Source: Candidatus Latescibacterota bacterium
GTDB lineage: Bacteria > Latescibacterota > UBA2968 > UBA8231
Assembly: GCA_965206595.1 (NCBI GenBank)
Contig: OZ242214.1
Span: forward strand, 4,960,001-5,024,000
Length of the DNA stretch: 64,000 nucleotides
Direction: 5' to 3'
The notes beneath the pieces were generated by a model. The model worked only from the letters and a program-made list of their open reading frames with translations. It made no database searches and had not been told where the DNA came from. Within the stretch, counting starts at the first letter, position 1; the number at the start of each line of letters is the position of its first letter. Positions 57,501-64,000 of this stretch are shown piece after piece. Both the position numbers and the translations under genes were made by a program.

Positions 57501-60123
57501 GGCCAACAACTCCCGCGCCACCGCCGACAGTCTCACCGTGCTCGTCGCCACCCGCGGAGACGCGACGGACGACACCCTCTACATCGAGCGCCTGGCCCCC
57601 TTTGCCGGCCGCCGCCGCCTCTCTTTCGATTGGCACATCGGCGAGGCCCGCGGCGAGCATCTGCTCGAGCTTCTCGTTGACCCGGACGACCTGGTGGCCG
57701 AGCTCGATGAAGACAACAACGCCGCCGCGATCGCCGTCGATATTCTGTCCCCCCTCGTTCCGGAGCTGCTGTTTCCACCTGCCGGAGCCGTGCTGCCGGC
57801 TGCGGCAGCGAGCTTCGAAGCGGTGATCGAAGGGCAGGGGGGGCAGGTCGAGTTCCAGCTTTCGACCAGCAGCGATTTCGTTGCCGGAAGCTCCACCCTG
57901 TCTCCGCAGGTCGACGCCGTCGATGGAGTCGCGGTTTTCGCCCCAACCCTCCCCGAAGGGACCTGGTTCTGGCGCGCCCGTGCCATGGACAGCTCATCTC
58001 CCGGCCCTTGGAGCGCTACCCGCTCACTTTGGCTCGGCGACGAAGCCGCGGCGCTTTCGGGGGAGAAGCAGCGCTGGCGACAGAACGCGGTGCAGATGGC
58101 CGGTGGCGGCCTCGAGCCTCTGGAGCTCGACGGGGAACTACTGCGGGTGACGCGCAGCTCCACGCCGCTCAGGCCGGGAAGCGCCACCCGGGAGGACGGG
58201 TACACTGTGCGCGGTCTCGATGGCGCCGGGGTGCTCGTTACCGACGGGACCTATCTGTATGCCAAGCGCTGGTACAACGACTCCTCGACCATCTATCCCG
58301 GCACCGACTTCTTCACCCGCATCGGCACCGGCCTTAACGGAACCGGGCGCACCCGCAACTACGGCACCTTCGGGGATTCGACCACGGGGGGCATCTCCGC
58401 CACCTTCCACAGCGACGGCTACATCTACAGCGAAAGCAGCCGCGCCTTCGAACTCGAGCGGATTTCCCTGGCAACCGGTCGCCTCGATACCGTGGCGGTG
58501 CCGGACGGCCTGCTCGAGTGGAAGTCCGGCAAGGTCGAGGACGGCCACTCCCTCATCACCTCCGACGGCGAGCTCGTCTACAACGTGGCGATGAGCGCCG
58601 CTTCAGGGACCCGCACTGCATGGGGCGTTCGCGTTTTCGATCCCGCCGACGAATGGCGGCTGCTGCGGGAGTTCACCTCGCCGCCGACGGAGAACGGCTT
58701 CACCTTCGAGTGGACGGACGGCATCCTCGCAGACGGCGAGCGCCTCTACTTCATCGAGTTCGGCGGACAGCGCCGCATTCGCATGGTAGACGCCTTTGAC
58801 GGGCGCTTCATCGACGAATGGATGAGCGACCAGGACACCACGCGCGTCATCTCGGGGCAGTACGACTGGATCAACAACAAGGCCTGGCTGGGAGATCTTT
58901 TGGGGTCGGCGGTCTTTCGCTACTCCGGGGCGGGCATCCCGGTTGCGGGGACCGCCCACAGCGGCCCCATCGGCCCTGCCGAGCGCTGGCACAGCATGAC
59001 CGTCGAGGGTTCCGGGGAGGTAACCACCGACGTTCAGGCAGCCGGCGAAGGCGGCGCCTGGGTGACGCTGCCGGGACTCTCCGGTCTCCTCCCGGGGACG
59101 GTCGATCTGTCGGCGATCGACGCGGTCGGGAATCCCGTGCTGCGTCTGCGCGCCACCCTGAACGACTCGACCCGGGAGGGTGCTTCCGCAGCCCTCGGCA
59201 GCTGGGAGGTGGTGTCGGTTCCAGCCCCCGACCTGCGGGCCGTGGCCGCCGCGGTGGACCAGGAGAATAGCCGTTTCGCCGTCGACCTGACCGTCCGCAA
59301 CCTCTCTCCCTTTGCCGTCTCCGGCGCCGTGGTCGAGCTGCTGTCCGGCGAGAGGGCGATAGCAGGGGCCACCCGGACACTGCCGGTCCTCGAGCGCGGG
59401 GCCGCCGGCCAGGTCCGCATCGAGCTCGACGAGCAGCCGGAAGATTTTCCCCTGTTCGCCCGCGTATCCATTGCCGGCCGGCCCGACGCCCACCCCGGCG
59501 ACAACATGATCCGCCTCCCGGTGGAGCCGAAGACCCTCCGTTTCTCTGCGCAGCAATGGCCGGACGGAGAACCGTTCCTGCACGGGGATCCGCTTCTGCC
59601 GGGCAGGGCGCTGATGATTCGCGCCCCCTACGTGGAATCGGGACGGATCCTCCTTGCGGTCGACGGAACGCCGCAGCAGCCTGACTCGGCGTTTGCCGCC
59701 TCCCCCGATTCCGGGGTGCGCGTGCTGTACCGGCCAGCGTTGCCATCGGGCCGGCACAAGGTGCAAGTGCGCCTGTTCAGCGGCGACAGGGAAGTCGGGT
59801 CGGAAATACTCGCTATCGTCGTTGCCGAGGAGCTGGCACTGGCCAACGTGCTGGTGCACCCGCACCCGGTCCGGGAGCGCACCGCCTTCACCTACGTGTT
59901 GTCGCACGAGGCGGAGGTGAGCGTCGAAGTTTTCAGTCTCAGCGGCAGGCGGGTTGTGCAGCTTGGACCGCAGCGGCAGGAGGCGGGGTTCGCACAGCTG
60001 GAATGGGACGGCAGGGACCGCGGCGGAAACCTCGTCGCCAACGGCACCTACCTCTACCTGATCGAGGCAGCCTCCGGGGAAAGACGCGTCCGGCAACGAG
60101 GGCCCCTGGTGATCGTCAGGTAG
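54598..60123 (+). CDS. C25-family (gingipain/PorU-like) cysteine peptidase with propeptide-like N-terminus, CARDB-like domains and FlgD-like tail
   Basis: V.QDGVFRI, ADYLII, VEDVYDEFS, YVLLLGDA..D, VGRL, NFNGHG (His), FSCLNG (Cys), LFGDP, VDPDD.V.E.DE.NN, LANVLVHPHP...WDGRD.GG..VANGTYLY. Confidence 0.9.
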   Translation: MSLLPRNRLLSVRASLIPLALLCPSFCAAALELTESPAGDLILRLRLDVQEGGHLTATEIGGRLTHQLAFPDLPARLTSPAGVELPFAAHLLAAPPGAGVELEVLEARFTELEDILLPPAPPSAEISRPSGLVESEYLGILRGVDAYGLRLFPVSYDPGLQRLSVCTDLRVAVRFSGGGRFKPVTGGDGASPLYGAFLNPPAGMPPRAAAKRARLDDLGDWYDPALPWVKVKVEQDGVFRIDRRWLAGRAVDPGEIDPRTLRLFHLGIEQPLQVFGQEDGSLDENDYLLFAGRFRRDKAGQVGEKDFESIYGRENLYWLTWGGEEGRRFRPQSADPVAGYPIRQWFWATAHFEQDQWFQVFADAPDIDRDHWFWRRRPIRGLDVDTPGSAVFTGDLVAPAFGEEYSARLRVALHGQTPAHHTVLKLNNHHVGDYLWKGQVEFEIEEEISSTYMRRGTNRLLVQAFANATEGRDQTLFNFFSIDYRSRYVAWPGYLRFTHEPSTGTQVVVFDFCHPEIHLFDSAREIVFSGLRIDSTRAPLYTAVFEDANRTKAEYVIVDSASIRTPGGVLDSPSQLRTTHPGADYLIISHEDFLDAAELLAGHRRESGLSAEIVDVEDVYDEFSHGLRLREGIGAFISHAYHNWERPPQYVLLLGDATFDYRNLQGGGQPCYVPTLYYHARRRGHSPSDYLFSLVDGDDLLPDVAVGRLAVENAAEAEGVVDKIVRYDTEPAPGDWRSRVIYLANHHPKDVFTLPSDELASRFSEPFGLQSVKIYNPDEQHLPNPTGKAFIDEFNAGALLVNFNGHGAAGTMQYVFSLQFPDWDYLSQVDNGRRLPLVTAFSCLNGMFVNPHTEAIGEVFTDRPDGGSIAYISASAQSFTSQNGLLGQHLYGQFFNDGTLAFGPALNAAKVQVLAAHPSWTASALTMQLFGDPAQELALPRLPDYQPLELAAGEELVSGGIVPVSAVLANNSRATADSLTVLVATRGDATDDTLYIERLAPFAGRRRLSFDWHIGEARGEHLLELLVDPDDLVAELDEDNNAAAIAVDILSPLVPELLFPPAGAVLPAAAASFEAVIEGQGGQVEFQLSTSSDFVAGSSTLSPQVDAVDGVAVFAPTLPEGTWFWRARAMDSSSPGPWSATRSLWLGDEAAALSGEKQRWRQNAVQMAGGGLEPLELDGELLRVTRSSTPLRPGSATREDGYTVRGLDGAGVLVTDGTYLYAKRWYNDSSTIYPGTDFFTRIGTGLNGTGRTRNYGTFGDSTTGGISATFHSDGYIYSESSRAFELERISLATGRLDTVAVPDGLLEWKSGKVEDGHSLITSDGELVYNVAMSAASGTRTAWGVRVFDPADEWRLLREFTSPPTENGFTFEWTDGILADGERLYFIEFGGQRRIRMVDAFDGRFIDEWMSDQDTTRVISGQYDWINNKAWLGDLLGSAVFRYSGAGIPVAGTAHSGPIGPAERWHSMTVEGSGEVTTDVQAAGEGGAWVTLPGLSGLLPGTVDLSAIDAVGNPVLRLRATLNDSTREGASAALGSWEVVSVPAPDLRAVAAAVDQENSRFAVDLTVRNLSPFAVSGAVVELLSGERAIAGATRTLPVLERGAAGQVRIELDEQPEDFPLFARVSIAGRPDAHPGDNMIRLPVEPKTLRFSAQQWPDGEPFLHGDPLLPGRALMIRAPYVESGRILLAVDGTPQQPDSAFAASPDSGVRVLYRPALPSGRHKVQVRLFSGDREVGSEILAIVVAEELALANVLVHPHPVRERTAFTYVLSHEAEVSVEVFSLSGRRVVQLGPQRQEAGFAQLEWDGRDRGGNLVANGTYLYLIEAASGERRVRQRGPLVIVR

Positions 60124-60266
60124 CGATTCCGGACGCGGGTGCGGTCCGATGCCCCCAGGGGATGGCCGGGTGACGGGTGGGTATGGTGGCCTTTCAGGTC
60201 AGACGACCTGCAGGGTAATGGGACAAGGTGGCCGGCTGGATCCGTCCGCTCCCTGTCCACGGCGAC

Positions 60267-60929
60267 TCACCCTGTCAGTCGGTCGACCTGAGCGAGGATT
60301 TCATCCGGTGCCGGGCGGTCGGAGACGTTCTTCCCAACGTATCTCCATTCGATGTGGCCCCCGGGAGTAATGATGAAAACCGAAGGTGCCGCCAGGCTGT
60401 CGTTCAAAAGGTTGTAGATCCCGTAGTCCCTGGCCACCGCTTTGTCCTTGTCCGAAAGAATGGCAAATTCAGCGCCCGTCAGCTCCACCATTTCCAGCCC
60501 CTTGGCGGTGTTGTCGGTGCTGATGGCCGCCAGGGACACGTTCCGCTCCAGGAACCCGGGATACGCTTCTGCCAGCTGACCTAGCTGGACCTTGCACCCA
60601 CCTCAGAAGAATCCCCTGTAGAACACCAGTACCGCTGCGGCGCGGTTTTCTAGCAGATCGGACAGGGAAACGGAAGTCCCGTCCGCAGCAGGCAAGGTGA
60701 ACGCAGGCGCCCGGTCCCCCGCGGAGACCGCTTTGGAGTCGCAGCCGACGAGAGCGGCCAAGGCCGCGGCTGCCAAGAGCAGAGCCACCGCACCTGCGAA
60801 ACTACCGCGGTCCGGGAGACTCTCTTCTGGTTTTCGGTCCGGCCGTGTGTCGATCACGTCTTCGCTGCCCGGTTCCTGGTTGTCGAGGCCGATGTCACGG
60901 CGTTTTTCTGCCGGAGGCCTTGCGGCCAC
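60267..60929 (-). CDS. Selenocysteine-containing AhpC/TSA (peroxiredoxin-like) protein, UxxC motif, probable lipoprotein
   Basis: ORFs 60603..60929 and 60267..60539 are in frame; read-through of TGA at 60605-60603 gives GDRAPAFTL...VLVFYRGFF-U-GGC-KVQLGQL...AISTD...LSD...PSVFII; SECIS-like hairpin follows. Start uncertain. Confidence 0.9.
60571..60590 (-). promoter_or_regulatory. Bacterial SECIS element
   Basis: G-U(bulge)-CCAGCU-AGGUC-AGCUGG-C, starting 12 nt after the UGA. Confidence 0.8.
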
Positions 60930-61229
60930 TCAGCCGGAAGCCTGCCCGCGCACCGTCTCGATCTTGTCGTCGCGCTCCCTGAAAATCCTGTCCCGCATCT
61001 GGTTCATCTCTTCCTGAAGCTGGCGCTGGTGCTCGGCGAATGCCTGCGGGTCGGCCTCCTGGGCGAGCTTGGCGATCCGCTGTTTGAGGGCGATCTCCTG
61101 TTCCGCCCATTTAGCCTCGTATTCGTTCCTGATGGCGGCGATGGCGGCGAGCTGCTCTTCGCTCTGCTTCTGCTGATTGTCGACCAGCTTTTCGGTCTTC
61201 GCCATCGCGAGCTCGATTGCAGATTTCAT
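60930..61229 (-). CDS. Small coiled-coil hypothetical protein
   Basis: GGAG RBS, ATG 61229, MKSAIELAMAKT followed by a Gln/Glu-rich helix; abuts the selenoprotein ORF. Confidence 0.7.
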   Translation of the reverse strand: MKSAIELAMAKTEKLVDNQQKQSEEQLAAIAAIRNEYEAKWAEQEIALKQRIAKLAQEADPQAFAEHQRQLQEEMNQMRDRIFRERDDKIETVRGQASG

Positions 61230-61450
61230 TTCAGACTCCTTTGCAGCGGGTCGGGCCGGGGATACCTTGCAGAATGGATGGCGCCGGACGCAAGTTCGCG
61301 GCCGCTCCGGATCGGAGAGAGCTTCGGGAGTCGGAAAAAAACCTCGGCCTGTAGGCAGCGGTACATGGACTCCGTTGGGAACTGCGGGTGCCGCAAAATA
61401 CGGGAGCGCAGATGAGCGCACAACAGACCTGAAACAGAGGAGACAGGCAA

Positions 61451-61903
61451 ATGTCGAAGCAGTGGAACGTGTACCTCGCCGGGGAAATCCACAGCGACTG
61501 GCGAGAGCGGATCATCTGCGCCGCGGCGCAGAGGCAGCTTCCGGTATCCTTCACCGCCCCGGTAACCGATCACGCCGCCAGCGACAACTGCGGCGTCGAA
61601 ATTCTAGGCCCCGAGGAATCCGGGTTCTGGAAGGATCAGAAGGGGGCTCGAATGAACGCCATTCGCACCCGCACCCTGATTCGGGACGCCGATGCTGTAG
61701 TGGTCCGCTTCGGCGGCACCTACCGGCAATGGAATGCGGCCTTCGACGCCGGCTTCGCCTCCGCCCTGGGCAAGGCGATCATCGTCATGCACGACGCCGA
61801 CATCGCCCACGCCCTCAAGGAGGTGGATGCAGCGGCGCTCGCCGTGGCGGAGACGACCGGGCAGGTGGTCGAGCTGCTCGCCTACGTCACTCGGGAAGGA
61901 TGA
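61451..61903 (+). CDS. YtoQ-family protein (nucleoside 2-deoxyribosyltransferase-like fold)
   Basis: VYLAGEIHSDWR, PVTDH.ASD.CG..ILG, NAIRT, YRQWNAAFDAG, HALKEVD. Confidence 0.9.
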   Translation: MSKQWNVYLAGEIHSDWRERIICAAAQRQLPVSFTAPVTDHAASDNCGVEILGPEESGFWKDQKGARMNAIRTRTLIRDADAVVVRFGGTYRQWNAAFDAGFASALGKAIIVMHDADIAHALKEVDAAALAVAETTGQVVELLAYVTREG

Positions 61904-61906
61904 TGC

Positions 61907-64000
61907 TCAGCCGCCGTTGGAACGGCCGAGCTGGTCGGCGAAAATGAAGAAATCCACGAAATCGACTTCGCCGTTGCCGTCGAGGTCGTAGATTGCCCGG
62001 TCGCCCAGGGCAGGGTGCCCGAAGGCGTCGACAAACCGGTAGAAGTCGGCGAAGTCCACGGTGCCGCTGCCGTCGAAATCTGCAGCGTTGGCCTCCGGAG
62101 GGGGAGGGACAGGCGTGGGAACCGATGCGGCGTCGGATGTTGTCACGGCCAGCGGCCCGGCGCCGGAAAATCGCAGTGTCAGCGCACCGCTGGAGTACGA
62201 GCTGCTCGCCAGTTCGCCGGAGAATTCCGTCGCCGCGACCGGATCGGACAACGCGAGGACTGCAACGGTGCCTCCGCTGCCCTCACGCAGGAACCCGCTG
62301 GCACTCCCTGCAGCGAACGCCAGGCTCAGGTCGGTCTCGTTGGACGCGGAAAACACCTGGACTTCGTCGATGGACAACAGGGTTGCACCGATCAGGGTGA
62401 ACTCGCTGAGCGCCTCGGTGCCGAAGCTCGCCAGGCCGAACCCTGCGTCGCTGGTCAAAGTACCGAAAGCCGTTGTCACCGATATCGTGCCCCCCTCGGC
62501 AGCGCTCCAGGCGTAATCGGTGGTCCCGCTCTTCTCCACGCTGACTGCCTCCCCGCCCGTGACCGCAGGGGCCGTGATCACTGGTTCGGCATCGCTCAGG
62601 GCACGTGGAAACAGCACCGCGAGATAGTCGACGTCGGCGCCGGTTTCCCAAACGCTCAGCAGGGTATGGGTCGGCTCTTCGCGATAGGAAAACGAATGTA
62701 TCGCCTCGGACTCGGTGAAGGTGCGCCCTTCCCTGGCCGGCACGAACGCCAGCAGTTCAGCCTGCGGGCGCGTCCAGCGGGCGAGATTCCCGGTGCGCCG
62801 GTAGGTACCGCCGCTGGTACCGCCCCCGTTTCCGTGCAGGCGCCACTCGTACCGATGGCTGCTCCCGTCCCTTGCCTGGTCGCTGACGACGAAGTAGCGC
62901 TTGCCGACGAACATGACGCGGCGCCGGATGCCGACCCCCTCGTAGGCCGCCGCCACCTCGGCGTAGTCGAGGGAGTCGCCGGTGAAGTAGCGCTGTATGT
63001 AGGCATCGTTGCCGCCATCCACTGCCTGGCCGAGAACCGTGTCGAGCGGGGGACCGCGGCCATCGACGAGAATCAGGCTGTGGCTGGGACCGGCGTTCAC
63101 CTTGTGGTGGTTGCTGAAATCGATGTAGCCGCCATCGACGGCCAGCATCTCCCCGGCCGCGTAGATCAGGAAACTGGTCTCGTCCGCGTGCTCGTGCCCC
63201 AATCCCTGCTCGCGGGGGCGCCCGTGCTCTCCGCGCAGCAACATGTAGGTCGCGTTCTCCGACCAGTCGCTGCGAAACACCGCGTCCCCCGCCTCCGGCA
63301 TGATGACGGTGGGTCCGTATTCCGGTTCGCGGGCGGCGATGCCGTCGTCGTACAGGGCGATCGCGTCCATTTCCGAAAACTCCCGCACGTACTGCACGAA
63401 CGAGTTGTTCTGCCAATCCCACAGGTGCACCGGCCCGTTGGCGTCGACGGAGGCGAGATAGTGGCCGTAAAAGTCGTCGAGATGGCTGTCGTCGATGTTG
63501 GGACGGCGTCCGTTCGGAAGCCGCAGGTTGAGCGACCAGTCGTGCATCAGGTCGACTTTCGGATCGGCGAACAGGTCGGTCCCGGACAGGCGCTTGAGCG
63601 CGAACATGTACGGCAGGTAGAGGTCGGCGGCGTAGCGGGCATAGAACGGACCTTCCGCATACCCTCCGTCCGACCCGTCGACCTGGTGATCGAGGGATCT
63701 CGTCACCAGGTCGAAGGCGCGGTCGGCCCAATCCCTCGGGCTGCCGCCGCCCTTTCCCGGGTGGTCGGCCAGGGCGAACGCGGCCAGCCCGAGCCCGGCG
63801 TAAGCCCGTATGTGCCAGTTGTTGAGATGGAGAATGCCGGGATTGCGCGGATCAGGTGTTTCGTTCAGGCGGATTTTTATCGAGCCGAGGAACCCCAGAT
63901 CGATCTCCCGGATCACGATGCCCTTGTGAATTCGCTCCGCCTCCTCGGCCAGGATTTCGCGGATCTCTTCTCGCGAGGCGGAATCCGCACTCAAATATCC
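61907..64000 (-). CDS. Heparinase II/III-family polysaccharide lyase with C-terminal dockerin-like double EF-hand (5' end outside window)
   Basis: LNNWH, YAEGPFY, AVFRSDW, GHEHADETSF, VDGGY; Pro-rich linker, then ADFDGSGTVDFADF and DLDGNGEVDFVDF. Confidence 0.85.
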   Translation of the reverse strand, partial: GYLSADSASREEIREILAEEAERIHKGIVIREIDLGFLGSIKIRLNETPDPRNPGILHLNNWHIRAYAGLGLAAFALADHPGKGGGSPRDWADRAFDLVTRSLDHQVDGSDGGYAEGPFYARYAADLYLPYMFALKRLSGTDLFADPKVDLMHDWSLNLRLPNGRRPNIDDSHLDDFYGHYLASVDANGPVHLWDWQNNSFVQYVREFSEMDAIALYDDGIAAREPEYGPTVIMPEAGDAVFRSDWSENATYMLLRGEHGRPREQGLGHEHADETSFLIYAAGEMLAVDGGYIDFSNHHKVNAGPSHSLILVDGRGPPLDTVLGQAVDGGNDAYIQRYFTGDSLDYAEVAAAYEGVGIRRRVMFVGKRYFVVSDQARDGSSHRYEWRLHGNGGGTSGGTYRRTGNLARWTRPQAELLAFVPAREGRTFTESEAIHSFSYREEPTHTLLSVWETGADVDYLAVLFPRALSDAEPVITAPAVTGGEAVSVEKSGTTDYAWSAAEGGTISVTTAFGTLTSDAGFGLASFGTEALSEFTLIGATLLSIDEVQVFSASNETDLSLAFAAGSASGFLREGSGGTVAVLALSDPVAATEFSGELASSSYSSGALTLRFSGAGPLAVTTSDAASVPTPVPPPPEANAADFDGSGTVDFADFYRFVDAFGHPALGDRAIYDLDGNGEVDFVDFFIFADQLGRSNGG

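Noticed and set aside
61451-61903. YtoQ as a possible nucleotide-signalling defence effector
   Set aside because: Stand-alone gene with no defence-system neighbours in the window.

Overview
GC-rich bacterial window. Gene content suggests an FCB-group lineage such as Ca. Latescibacterota, possibly host- or sponge-associated; this is an inference from the DUF6785-type membrane proteins, CRTAC1/ASPIC-UnbV proteins, a PhyH, FlgD/T9SS-like tails and a dockerin-like tail. About 1-16 kb is an IS-riddled accessory island: intact IS630, inverted IS630 remnant, IS3 and ISL3 remnants, a 346-bp MITE, an IS1182-like element and a GH95 stub, around an envelope module. 16-21 kb is housekeeping (pntAa/pntAb/pntB, hpf, gltA). 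21-36 kb holds membrane, SGNH, CRTAC1, GH-like and PhyH genes plus a collapsed ABC operon. 36-64 kb is a dense cluster of exported proteins. Main leads: (1) a recurring, apparently uncharacterised envelope system made of ~900-1000 aa putative outer-membrane proteins, three paralogous discoidin-like proteins with type-B-CTD-like tails, a parvulin foldase, a PorU-like C25 peptidase and DUF6785 transporters; (2) three or four different C-terminal tags on secreted proteins; (3) a UGA-recoded UxxC selenoprotein with an fdhF-like SECIS that the ORF track splits in two; (4) a PhyH enzyme with a halogenase-type HxG motif. No rRNA, tRNA or CRISPR array was seen. All family calls come from motifs recognised by eye, not from database searches.
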